A stretch of DNA of 64,000 nucleotides from Ranitomeya imitator (Eukaryota), in contig NC_091287.1 in the NCBI RefSeq assembly GCF_032444005.1, positions 112,964,001-113,028,000 of the forward strand, read 5' to 3'. The position numbers and the translations under genes were made by a program. Under the pieces are notes generated by a model that did no database searches, had not been told where the DNA came from, and worked only from the letters and a program-made list of their open reading frames with translations. Positions 38,459-51,098 of this stretch are shown piece after piece; the first letter of the stretch is position 1; every line of letters starts with the position of its first letter.

Positions 38459-39161
38459 GTTTTTGCCTCTGATGTTCATGCTGCCGATCTAGTTCGTGCC
38501 TTTCATTTGGCTCATCCTGATCGGCCTGGGGGCTCTGGTGAGGGTTCGGTGACCCCTCCTCAAGGGGGGGGTACTGTTGTGAATTCTGTTGTCGAACTCC
38601 CTCCTGTGGTCGTGAATGGTACTTCGGCGAGTTCTGTCCATGGACTCCCTCTGGTGGCTGTGAGTGAAGCTGCTGCTTCTGAGGTTCCTTACACAGGTGA
38701 CGTGGTTTATCCTTTGGTTGGCTGCTCTATTTAACTCCACTCAGATCGTTACTCCATGCCAGCTGTCAATGTTCCTGCATTGGTTCAGTTCGCTTTTGGA
38801 TCTTTCTGGTGACCTGTCTTCTCCAGCAGAAGCTAAGTTCCTGATAGTTATTATTTGTTCATTGTTTCCTTGTCCAGCTGGTTTTCATCTTTACTCACAG
38901 TCAATATATGTGGGGGGCTGCCTTTTCCTTTGGGGAATTTCTCTGAGGCAAGGTAGGCTTTATTTTCTATCTCTAGGGCTAGCTAGCTCTTAGGCTGTGA
39001 AGAGGCGTCTAGGGAGTGTCAGGAACGCTCCACGGCTATTGCTAGTTGTTGTGATAGGATTAGGGCCTGCGGTCAGCAGAGCTCCCACATCCCAGAGCTT
39101 GTCCTGTGTGAGTTTAACTATCAGGTCGTGCCGGGTGCTCCTAACCACCAGGTCCATAACA

Positions 39162-39690
39162 GACCCTGTAGTATAAGGCAGCACCCCATAAGAAGACTCT
39201 AATAAAAGGCAGCACCCCATAGGCAGACCCTGTAGTATAAGACAGCACCCCATAGGCAGACCCTGTAGTAAAAGGCAGCCCCCTATAGGCAGATCCTAAA
39301 GTATAAGGCAGCCCCCTTATAGGCAGATCCTAAAGTATAAGGCAGCTCCCTATAGGCAGATCCTAAAGAATAAGGCAGCCCCCTATGGGCAGATCCTGAA
39401 GAATAAGGCAGCCCCCTATAGGCAGATCCTAAAGTATAAGGCAGCCCCCCTATAGGCAGATCCTGTAGTATAAGGCAGCCCCCCTATAGGCAGATCCTGA
39501 AGTATAAGGCAGCCCCCCTATAGGCAGATCCTGAAGTATAAGGCATCCCCCTATAGGCAGATCCTGAAGTAAAAGGCAGCCCCCCTATAGGCAGATCCTG
39601 AAGTATAAGGCAGCCCCCCTATAGGCAGATCCTGAATTTTAAGGCAGCACCCTTATAGGCAGATTCTGAAGTATAAGGCAGCCCCCATAA
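39162..39690. repeat. 33-35-bp minisatellite (right of Gypsy 2)
   Basis: ATAGGCAGATCCTGAAGTATAAGGCAGCCCCCCT units continue the array split by the retrotransposon. Confidence 0.9.
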
Positions 39691-40297
39691 AAAAACAATA
39701 AATAAATGCTCACCTCTCTTCCTCCTTTTTCCAGTGGTGCTCTGACCTCCCGGTCATCTTCTGACAGCGGGTGCCAGGTGGTGACGTCATTGAGCCCACT
39801 GTCATTGTCGGCGTCGGTGACGCCAGACGCTGACAGGGGGATTATGGGAGAACGAGTGCAGTGCTCCTTCCCTCATCAGTGCAGTGATGGGCGGGGGGCC
39901 CACTACTGGCACTGGGTCCCCCCTGGCCTGCTCACGGGCCCCATAGCGGGCGGCAGAACAGGGAGATCGATTCTCCCTGCTCTGCCGATACAGTTAGAGT
40001 AGCGTAGCTCCGGGTGGGCCCCCTCTGAGCCACCGGTAGCTATGCTACTGACTAGATGTGTCTGGCAGAAGTTTTCTCCCCTCCCCACATTAAGAAACCT
40101 CGACAAATAGCTGTCAGTTGAACAAGATTATTTGTTCAGAAACTACTCAAAAGGGTATGGACACATTTAGTTGAAGGTGAATGCACTGAATGTTTTTAAT
40201 ACCTCATAATATATACAGTATATATACTGTGTACACTGTTTCAGCCATGACTGTGTATATATATATATTATTTTTACGTTGCCTCTTAAGCAGCTTG

Positions 40298-42265
40298 AAA
40301 AAAGCAATACATAAATAATATAACTTCCAAAAGATCCCACCAACCAGGATAATACATCCATACAGGATAATACAGCGTAGGTATGAATTAAAACGTAGCT
40401 TTTAATATACACATAAAAAACTCAAAACAAAACGTGTCACCCAAAGCGAGATAAAACACCAAGGATTGTGTCTCATACTAAGAAATACTGAGTTTGTAGA
40501 GACAACAATCCCATAGGATAAAGAGATTACACTTGCAGTGGCTAAATGCAAAATCTAGTTAATCAGGGTACAATATTCTTAATACAAGAGCACTTGCAAT
40601 TCACTTATGCAATTCAAAATAATAATCCATATACCCCTAGTTGCATAAATAATGACAGTTATCACATGAAAAAAAAACATGTGTGGTAAGTTGGCTGAAG
40701 AGATACAACATATAAAGATAGAATATGTATAAAAAAGGAACAATCTTACCAGATCAAGGGACCAGGTACGGGAGAAAGGAATCTTGCTGGGTTAAGGAGA
40801 TGAAAAACACCAAAAGAGGAAAAATTAAAGAAAACAAACCAAAAACAGGCAGAGATGCTTACCTGTCTAAATGGACCTCAATACAATTGCACAGACAGGG
40901 TGCAGCGGACCCCCCAAAAATGGCAAATGCACAGGTGCAATGCCTAATGAAACAGCCAGCCTTCAATCAGGGATTGGCCGTGTGGTACACCAATGGGACT
41001 AAGATATATACTCTGTATGTGGCGTGTTCACACAAGGAATGCAGAGCATCTGGCTCCAGCCTATTAATAACGCCCTATGGCGGGCTGCCCAGTGCTACAA
41101 TGCATCCTGTGTGAACAGAGGCCACAGTGTACAGAACCATTTGGGCCCAACTGCACCCTGCAAAAAATACAACGTGCAAAACAAAACATAAATATATGTA
41201 AGGTATTGGTTGATATTCTGGCCTTAATATTTAAGCCTGTAACCCGCGTCAAGGGTCCTTACGTTTGCCAGTCCTAGTCTAACATGAAAAACACCAAAAG
41301 AGGAAAAATTCAAGAAAAAACACCAAAAATCAGGCAGAGATGCTTACCTGTCTAAATGGGCCTCAATACAATTGCACAGACAGGATGCAGCAGACCCAAA
41401 TAAAATGGCAAATGCACAGGTGCAATACCTAATGAATCAGCCAGCCCTCAATCAGGGATTGGCCGTGTGGTACACCAATACACTAAGATATATACTCTGC
41501 ATGTGGCGTGTTCACACAAGGAATGCAGAGCATCTGGCTCCAGCCTATTAATAACGCCCAGTGCTACAATGCATCCTGTGTGAACAGAGGCCACAGTGTA
41601 CAGAACCATTGTCTGTGCAATTGTACCGAGGCCCATTTAGACAGGTAAGCATCTCTGCCTGTTTTTGGGTTAAGGAGATCCATGATACAGCAAGTGTGGG
41701 AGACAATACCCTGTCAATCCCTATGGGGCTAGCAGTAAACTATTCCCCGAGCTCCCACCCTTACAAGGGCAGTCCACATCTACCCCTGCATTAAAGCATG
41801 CCCTGCACTCTCCCTAATTGGGTGTTTACTTCTAGACCCATAGGGATTGACAGGGTCTTGTCTCCCACACTTGCTGTATCATGGATCTCCTTAACCCAGC
41901 AAGATTCCTTTCTCCCGTACCTGGTCCCTTGATCTGGTAAGATTGTTCCTTTTTTATACATATTCTTCATATGTTGTATCTCTTCAGCCAACTGACCACA
42001 CATGTTTTTTTTTCATGTGATAACTGTCATTATTTTTGCAACTAAGGGTATATTGATTATTATTTTGACTTGCATAAGTGAATTGCAAGTGCTCTTGTAT
42101 TAAGAATATTATACCCTGATTAACTCGATTTATCATTTAGCCACTGCTAAAGTGTAATCTCTTTATCCTATGGGATTGTTGTCTCTACAAACTTAATATT
42201 TCTTCGGATGAGACACAATCCTTGGTGTTTTATCTCACTGTGGGTGACACGTTTTGCTTTGAGTT
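40298..42265. mobile_element. Inverted-repeat cassette 4
   Basis: 15-bp direct repeat CTCTTAAGCAGCTTG at 40283-40297 and 42266-42280; inverted arms about 40419-40801 and 41885-42265; internal tandem copies at about 40800-41140 and 41285-41610. Confidence 0.75.
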
Positions 42266-44228
42266 CTCTTAAGCAGCTTGCAACTTTGCAGTCTCCTTAG
42301 AGTCTTCTTACTTCCTGGTCGCTTGAGGGAGTGGACACTACTCCTTGAGTAACAATTCTTGTCTGGAGCTCCATCCTGCCTTCTGGACATCTGTCAAGTC
42401 AGCAGTCTTCCACATGATTGTGATTTCCTTTTTAAACGCTTAGGAAGCCTTTGCAGGTTTTTTTGTTAATTTTTCTAATTTACTGAGATAATGACTTTTG
42501 GGCTTTCATTGGCTGTAATCATCAACATTAGCAGAAGTAAACACTTGAAATAGATCACTCTGTTTGAAATGACTCTATATAATATATGAGTTTCACTTTC
42601 TGTATTGAAGAACTGAAATAAATTAACTTTTTGATAACATTCTAATTTTGTGAGAAGCACCTGTATGTGCACATCAAGCATCTATACTGTGAACTGGATA
42701 CTCCATGTTGAATGTTAGATAAGGGCATAAACCACATGCATTATGAAGAACCAGAGGCCATGGAATCAGGTGACAGCTGATGGTGGTGACTGTTTGCGAC
42801 CAATCTGATATTGAAGACCTGTCTGAAGGACAGGTTATTATTGTCAAAGAAGAGAACAACCTGTTTGCAAAGAAAAAAGAAAAACATGTTTTCTCTATGC
42901 TACAGTCAGCAACCAAGAAAAACAACTCTGCAGTATGAGAAATATTAAGTGACCTAACGCATCCAATCACAAGTGTGTTTATGTACTAGATGTTTGATTT
43001 TTTGCATTCATTGGATACATGTTCAATTTTTAACTTTTTTTTCAGTACTTTAATTCCTTTGCAGTATTAAAATATATTATATAATACAAGCTAATGTTCT
43101 GACATAAATTTCAAGTCATTCCTTAGTTACCAGTTAATTAATCATCATATGGGTGGTTGCTAGTGCGCCCTGTGAATACTTATTTGCATAAATAATATCA
43201 GCTGACTCTTTAATTATCACCTTTCAATTCTTCAATTTGTTCTTCATTAGTCTCTGAGCACTTTTTAGTCCATTTTTATGAAATTTTTAGAAAGTAAGAA
43301 AATAAGCACAACGCAAAACCCAGATTTAACCATATTCTAGACATGTAACCCAGCCTATAATACCGAATTATAAAGTGATTTAATGTTTTAAATGCATGCA
43401 TCCTCTATGATATTGAAGAAATTGCACTATATAGACAAAAGCATAATATAAAGACCTTACTTTATTACATAACAAGACATAAAAAAATCCTAAAACTATT
43501 TGACAGTGAGATACCAGTTCTGAACAACTCAAGCAAAAAATACAACTGACTCAATAATGGATATGTGAACTGTTGTGCCACACACCTACAGTGTATGCAT
43601 GAACTCAGAAGTTGGACATGAAAAAAAACACTTGACAACATGTAGTGGGGCTTTTTTAAGCAAAATTAGAAAATTATAGGTTTTCATTCAGTCAGGGCCC
43701 CGACATCACAATGAAAATTAGACAAGGAGTTCAAATAACTCTTAGGCATCATTCAGACATCCGTGTTGTGTGTACGTGTTGTAGACAGGGCAGGATGACC
43801 CTTTAAATGTTATATGTCATTTGTATTGTGAAATAATAATTATTATTTATTATAGCACCATTAATTCCATGGCGCTTTACATGTGAGGAGGGGTATACAT
43901 AATAAAAAGAGGTACAATAATCTTGAACAATACAAGTCACAACTGGTACAGGAGGAGCGAGGACCCTGCCCGCGAGGGTTCACAATCTACAAGGGATGGG
44001 TGAGGATACAGTAGGTAAGGATAGAGCTGGTCGTGCAGTGGTTTGGTCGATTGGTGATTACTGCAGGTTGTAGGTCTTTAGGTTCTTTTTGAAAGTTTCG
44101 ATGGTAGGTGAGAGTCTGATATGTTGTGTTAGAGAGTTCCAGAGTAGGGGTGATGCGCGAGAGAAATCTTGTATGTGATTGTGGGAAGAGGAGATAAGAG
44201 GGGAGTAGAGAAGGAGATCTTGTGAGGA

Positions 44229-44360
44229 TAATAATAATAATCTTTATTTTTATATAGCGCTAACATATTCCGCAGCGCTTTACAGTTTTGCACACATTAT
44301 CATCACTGTCCCCGATGGGGCTCACAATCTAGAATCCCTATCAGTATGTCTTTGGAATGT

Positions 44361-44391
<31 letters not shown>

Positions 44392-44489
44392 ACGCAAACA
44401 CGGAGAGAACATACAAACTCTTTGAAGATGTTGTCCTGGGTGGGATTAGAACCCAGGACCCCAGCGCTGCAAGGCTGCTGTGCTAACCT
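44229..44489 (-). mobile_element. tRNA-derived SINE with L2-type tail, inserted in the LINE
   Basis: Minus strand GGTTAGCACAGCAGCC...GGGTTCTAATCCC (A/B-box-like) and an (ATT)n tail at 44229-44243. Confidence 0.75.
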
Positions 44490-47026
44490 CGGATGTTGCA
44501 TGCAGGAAAGTACTGGGAGACGAGGTCACAGATGTATGGAGGAGACAGGTTGTGGATGGCTTTGTATGTCATGGATAGTCTTTTGTACTGGAGTCTCTGG
44601 GTAATGGGGAGCCAGTGAAGGGATTGACAGAGGGGAGAGGCCGGGGAATAGCGGGGGGACAGGTGGATTAGTCGGGCAGCTGTGTTCAGAATAGATTGGA
44701 GGGGTGCAAAAGTGTTCAAGGGGAGGCCATAGAGCAGGAGGTTACAGTCGTCGAGGCGGGAGATGATGAGGGCATGGACTAGGATTTTTGCAGATTCTTG
44801 ATTTAGGAATATACGGATCCGTGAAATATTTTTGAGTTGAAGGTGGCAGGAAGTGGAAATGGCTTGGATATGCGGTTTGAAGGAGAGATCAGTGTCAAGT
44901 ATTACCCCAAGACAGCGAGCTTGTGGGACAGGGGAGAGTGGGCAGCCGTTTACTGTAGTGGACAGGTTCATTGGGGGGGTCGCGTGAGATGGGGGAAAGA
45001 CAATGAGTTCTGTTTTGTCCATGTTAAGTTTTAGAAATCTAGCGGAGAAGAAGGATGACATAGCGGATAGACATTGAGGGATTTTGGTTAGTAGGGTGGT
45101 GATATCTGGTCCAGAGATGTAGATCTGTGTGTCATCAGCATAGAGATGATACTGAAAACCATGAGATTCTGTGAGCTGTCCCAGACAAAAGGTGTAAATG
45201 GAGAAGAGCAGGGGTCCTAGAACTGAACCTTTCGGGACTCCGACAGATAGGGGGCGAGGTGAGGAGGTGGTGTGTGAATGTAAGACGCTGAATGTTCGGT
45301 CAGTTAGGTATGACGAGATCCAGGATAGGGCCAAGTCTGTGATGCCAAGGAATGAGAGGGTCTGTAGTAATAGGGAATGGTCCACTGTGTCAAAGGCAGA
45401 GGACAGGTCCAGGAGGAGGAGGATAGAGTAGTGTCGCTTGCTCTTGGCGGTTAATAGGTCATTGGTCACCTTAGTTAGGGCAGTTTCAGTGGAGTGGTGT
45501 GACCAGAAGCCTGATTGTAAGTGGTTGAAAAGGGAGCAGGAAGATAGATGGGAGGACAGTTCAAGATGGACGTGTTGTTCCAGTAGTTTTGAGGCATAGG
45601 GGAGAAGTGATATAGGGCGATAGCTAGATACAGAGGATGGGTCAAAAGAGGGCTTTTTGAGGATAGCTGTGATTGAGGCATGTTTGAAGCTTGAGGGGAA
45701 AACACCAGTTGTTAGTGATAGGTTGAAGAGATGGGTTAGAGTTGGGATGAAGACTGTGGCGAGGTTTGGGATGAAGTGGGAAGGGATCGGGTCAAGTGCA
45801 CAGATGGTGAGATGCAATCTTGAGAGTAGAGTGGAGAGTCGATCTTCGGTAATAGTGGAGAAATTGGTTTTGGAGGTGGAGGGCTGGGTAGTAGGGAGGA
45901 AGGGCTCTGGGGGTTGCCGACTAAAAGTGTCTCTGATGTTCTCAATCTTTTGCTTGAAAAATGAGGCAAAGTCTTCAGCTGAAATTAGTGGGGAGGGAGG
46001 AGGTGCTGGGGGACGGAGGAGAGAGTTGAAGGTGATGAATAACTGTTTAGGGTTGTGAGAGAGGGAGGATATGAGAGATGAGAAGTAGGTTTGTTTAGCT
46101 GTGGCAAGTGTGGTCTTGAAAGTAGTGAGGGACTGTTTGAACGTGATAAAGTGGTCGTTGGAGTGAGATCTTTTCCATCTCCGCTCTGCAGCCCTGGAAG
46201 CTCGCATCAGGTCTTTGATCAGGCTGGTGTGCCCAGGCTGTCTGTTGATTTTGCAAGCTTTGGTATGTGTGAGAGGAGGGAAGAGATTCCAAAGCTGCAG
46301 CTATTCTGGTGATATATAGAGCGGCAGCGTCATCCGCATTGTGTAGGGAACTTATGTCTGTGAGAGGGAGGAGGGACTCAGAAAGTGAATGTAGATCAAG
46401 GTGTTTAAGATTTCTGCGAGGGTGTGCAAGTTTGTGGGGTGGGGATTGTAGACAAGGAGTGGAGAGGGAAGAGAATGTGAGTAGATTGTGGTCAGAAAGA
46501 GGAAGAGGTGAGTTAGAGAGGTTAGATAGGCAGCAGAGGCGGGTGAAGATGAGGTCCAATGTGTGACCATCTTTGTGAGTGGCTGCAGAAGACCATTGAG
46601 TGAGGCCAAAGGAGGAAGTGAGAGATAGAAGTGAAGTGGTCAAAGAAGGTGGTGGCTGGCACTGGGGGGAGGGTAAATGACAGCTAGTTGGAGGTTGGTG
46701 GGGGCATAGATGCGCACAGAATGCACCTCAAAGGAAGGGAGGGTAACAGAGGGTGGCAGTGGGATTGGGGTGAAGAAGCAGTTATGTAACAGGAGAAAAC
46801 CAACTTCTCCGCCATGCTTGCTGCTGGGGCGGGGTGTGTGAGAAAGATGGAAGCCACCATTGGAAAATTGAAAAAATGTATAATAATAATAATAATAAAG
46901 TGCAGCAGGAGAGGCTGTGTCAGAAGGGGTGAGCCAGGTTTCGGTGATGGTGAGGAAGGAAAGTTTGGTAGTAACAAAAAGATCGTGGATGTAGGAAAGT
47001 TGTTGCAGACAGAGCGAGCGTTCCAC
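44483..47026 (-). pseudogene. LINE ORF2 (APE endonuclease plus reverse transcriptase)
   Basis: ORFs 46640..47026, 46095..46643 and 44483..46207 ([37 protein letters not shown]). Confidence 0.92.
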
Positions 47027-47150
47027 AGAGCTCCTTTTAGTGGGACTGGGAAAGCGGGGCTGGGCGAATGGTTATAAGGTTAGAGAGGTTACGGAAATTT
47101 GTGATAGAGCGTGGATGGGAGGTAGAACTGACTGTGGGGATGTGGTGAGG

Positions 47151-47195
47151 AAGACCAGGATTTGGAGAGATATCACCAGCAGTGAGAAGGAGCAG
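47151..47195 (-). other. 2A-like ribosome-skipping motif (final Pro mutated)
   Basis: LLLLTAGDISPNPG(L) upstream of the APE domain. Confidence 0.7.
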
Positions 47196-48982
47196 AGAAA
47201 GTGTTAGCAGGTGGGAGCAGGAGAGGGCATGAGGTGGCTGTCTGTGTTTGGAGACAGAGGATTGTATGTTGAAGAACAGTTCTGAGGAGGAGGTGAGATG
47301 AATAGGGAGGATTGAGGAAGAGATGAACAGTTCTTTACTAGGAGTAGGGATTAGGGGAGTTTGCAGAAAGTGAAAGATTATAGGGATGAAAGTGAAAACA
47401 AACACAAACATTGTTTATATTGACTGTGTCCAGTTACCTTCAGTTCCCTTCTGGTTCAATTCTGGTTTTAATTCTAAATCTGGTCATATATCCTCTATAA
47501 TAAGATAGCAATTTTTAGAGGGAACTGATACCTGATGCAATATTTGATGCTTTAGACCTCATTCACAGTCCATCTTGCACATGTTCTATGCATATTTATT
47601 CAGGGATAGAACACATACTCATTATAATCTACGGTACTATAAACAAGTCAGTGTTTTTTTATGGTCTGAGTATTTATGCAAAACTCTTGAAGTCATGGCT
47701 GTTATTTCTGGCAGCACAGATGACAAGGGCTAATACAAGTCTAAGGGTCTATGAAAAACAAGTACAGCACAGGGATGGCATCCATATGCCATCTGTGTAC
47801 TGTCTGTATCAAACATTGTAAAGGACAGAAGAAACTTTGCAACTTATTTATATAGTTATTCTTCCATGAAAAATACTGATGGTAAAAAAGGACTGAAGGA
47901 CCACACACTGATTCAAAATATTGATGACACCGATACCATTTTTACATAAACACAAATGTTTGAAAGAAGCCTTACTTCTAAAAATTGCACTGTTTCAGAG
48001 AAAATACATTTTGAGGCTTTGGTCCCATGATGAGTTTTTAGTGATTTTTTATGCTACATCTTTTCGAAAAAGAACTAGCCGGACACCCAGATGACACACT
48101 GTTCCAAAACACCGATGACACACTGATGGTAAAACCGGACACCTGGATGACACACTGATCCAAAACACTGATGACACTGGTACCATTTTTTTCATGCATG
48201 TGTTTAAACACTAATATTGTACAGGTTAGAATGTCATACTCACATTTCATGTCCCCTACTGCTTCATTTCTATTGTTTCCGGACACCAGTAAGTCCCTGG
48301 ACTTTCTCAACCAAAATGACATCTCGACACAACACGTGACTACTGCAGTCAATTACAGGCTGAAGGCTGACATACAGAAAGGAGGACATCATTTGAAGTA
48401 GAATGAGTCTGACATGTGAAAGTCATAAATGTGACACATACTGTTTTTTCCACTAAACATAGGCTTCTAAAATAATAAGTTTCTTCAAAAATTGAAAAAT
48501 TGTGATTTTTTTGTGTGATTTCCCTGAACACTTTCCTTTCTGCGAACAAATATCTATGATTACTGACTTTAGCTTTCCATTGTCTTATGAGTATTTCTTA
48601 GCATAAAGCATTCTTCTTGCCAGAAGTTCAGAATTATGTAATGTTCTTCCTCTTTGCCTTACATTGCACATTGCTTCTTCAGAATGGCGGCTGTGGGTAA
48701 ACTCAAGCCCACCACAAGCTTCACCTGTAAATCAGACTATAGATAGTTTTACCTTACAAAGAGGATATAATGATCATCAGACAGGATAAAAGCTAAACTA
48801 CCAGTGAGAAAACTTTATCAACTAATTGACTAAGGCTGGTTTAACACTTGCGTTGGGCAGGGCTGCAGAAGGCTGTGTAGTTCCTCAATTAAGCCCAGCC
48901 CAATGCCACACCTCTTCCATTTGTTATGGAAATTTGGTTTGGATAAATCTATCCCTGTGTGTGCTGCGACCGTTCCCAATTA

Positions 48983-49176
48983 GGCTGCCATCACACTAGC
49001 AGTATTTGGTCAGTATTTACATCAGTATTTGTAAGCCAAAACCAGGAGTGGGTGATAAATGCAGAAGTGGTGCATATGTTTCTATTATACTTTTCCTCTA
49101 ATTGTTCCACTCCTGGTTTTGGCTTACAAATACTGATGTAAAATACTGACCAAATAATGCTAGTGTGATGGCAGCC
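48983..49176. mobile_element. Harbinger-type MITE within the ERV LTR
   Basis: GGCTGCCATCACACTAGC / GCTAGTGTGATGGCAGCC with TTA TSD; palindromic body. Confidence 0.85.
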
Positions 49177-51098
49177 TTAGACTGAGTATTTTGAGCGCTC
49201 ATCAAGAATGAGACTGTACACCATTGTGACAATAACATTCCACCAATACTGATGATTTATTGTACATACATGTATTTATAATTGCATATAGAAAGGGGTG
49301 GTTAGGGGTGGTTAGCTAATTACCATATTGTCAATCTCCTCTGTTATTGGTTATCTAAATATATATGGAATATTGTGATTAATGCACATATGAATGCTGA
49401 TTAAGCAACTAAAGTGTAGCTGTCTGCATCTAGGACAAAGTTGAGACATCTGATCATCACTTATTACATCTGGTGCTGTTCCACATTTTGCTGGAAATCC
49501 CCAGTCTGTCTGGCTTATATCAGTTTATGTCAGCCATTTTAAGCAATTGATTATAGTGTATATATTAGCTGTGGATATATGAGTATACATGAGTATATAT
49601 GATTATATAGGAGTATATACGCAAGTGAGATCTATATGATATATATTTCCATCACAATCCCCCCTTAGATATCACTTGCCCTAATCCTAGCCTTCTGTCC
49701 CAAAGTGCTGCAACTCTTTTATGCTGCTGGGGAGCTGACGCATGCCTAGCACATATACCCCCCTCCGTATAGACTTTTTGCAAATGGGCAGTCAGGAGAT
49801 CTGTCCCTAACAGGGGTTTGTTGCAATCAGTCTCTTAGTTAACAGCATGTGTAGTGAGCGGTGTGTATTCTTTATCAGGTAGGTCATCTATTCCATCAGG
49901 CAGGGCATCCACAACATCATTCTGGCTTGGGTGTCAGCCTCTGGTAGGGGAGCTTTCTTGCAATGTGATGAGTGGATCCAAGTTGGTCTTCCCTCCAGTT
50001 TCACAGAGGTTGGTGTCATCAGCAGCACTTGGAAAGGACCATCAAATCTGGGACCGAGTGGTGTTCTCCTTACAAACTTTTTCACCAACACTCAGTCTCC
50101 TGGCTTCAAGGAGTGTGTACTGGACACTGAATCTGGATCTGGCAATGAAGAAAAAACTCGTGAATGGATGTTAGCAAGTTTCTTGGTGAGTTCAATTACA
50201 TAAGCAGACAAAGTATCATATTGCATAGTCAGCTGCTGAGGGAAAAAATACCCCTAACCTGGGACTAGACCCAAACAAAATTTCATATGGTGACAGCTTT
50301 TCTGGGCCTCTGGGAGTGTGTCTAACACTAAGTACTGTGATTGGAAGTGTCTCCTGCCATGGTTTGTTTGTCTCTTGGGCAACTTTTAGCATCCTGTTCT
50401 TAAGTGTCTCATTCAGTCTTTCTACTTTCTTGCTACTCTGGGGATTGTAGGGAGTGCGTAGGCGGAAATCTGAGCCTACTGCTGACCAGATCTCCCGTGT
50501 GAGATTTGCTGTGAATGCGGGTCCCTGGTAATTCTATCACTTTTGGGACCCCATATCTGCATATCTCATCTCTGAGAGTAGCTTCTTTGCAGTAGTCTTT
50601 GCTGTTTGGTTCCTCACTGGGAAAGCTTCTGGCCATCCTGAGAACACGTCCACGACCACAAGGGCATATTCGAATCCTCCACTTGGCGGCATCTGGATGT
50701 GGTCTATCTGGATCCTCTGGAAGGGGTACAGTGGTCTGGAAAAATGATGTGTGGGAACTTTCTTCATTCTTCCAGGGTTGCATTTGCCACAGGTCAGACA
50801 GCTGCCAGTGAATTTGACTGTTAAGGTGGAGATCCCTGGAGCAAACCGGTAGGCACCTATCAGATCATTCATCTGTGTCTTTGATCTGTGTGTGGGCCCA
50901 TGTGCCCATTGAACCACCATAGGGTATATGCTTTGGGGTAAACAGGGTTTGTAGTCCATTAAGTAGACCCTTCCTTCTTCATGTGTTGCTCCCTTCCGCA
51001 TCCAGCATTCCTTCTTGTCCTTTGGGGCTTGCTCTTGCAGCTTTTTGAGCAGATCCCAGGATGTCATCTGGTCAGGTTTCTTGTCTTCAGTCGTCATG

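Larger units (their letters stand above)
33616..39161 (+). mobile_element. Ty3/Gypsy chromovirus-type LTR retrotransposon 2 (young, near full length)
   Basis: 5' LTR 33616-34408; 3' LTR 38575-39161 (about 200-bp internal deletion, about 6 substitutions by eye); PPT AAGGGGGGGG before the 3' LTR; GACCCT on both flanks. Confidence 0.97.
32062..40050. mobile_element. Non-autonomous hAT element filled with minisatellites, hosting Gypsy 2
   Basis: TIR CAGAGGCATAGCTA / TAGCTATGCTACTG; exact 8-bp TSD ACTAGATG at 32054-32061 and 40051-40058. Confidence 0.85.
43831..47411 (-). mobile_element. L2/CR1-type LINE, near full-length ORF2 with frameshifts
   Basis: APE fragments (ITETWL, SDHNLL), RT with LYADDTQIY, and a (TAA)n-type tail near 43831. 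Confidence 0.92.

Noticed and set aside
42700-42935. Acidic peptide-like frame (DQSDIEDLSEGQVIIVKEENN)
   Set aside because: Broken by stops, no clear splice sites, no family recognised.
44400-44489. tRNA gene
   Set aside because: A/B-box-like motifs belong to a SINE head joined to an L2-type tail; no full cloverleaf.
45198-46058. Plus-strand ORFs over the LINE
   Set aside because: Antisense shadows of the minus-strand RT.
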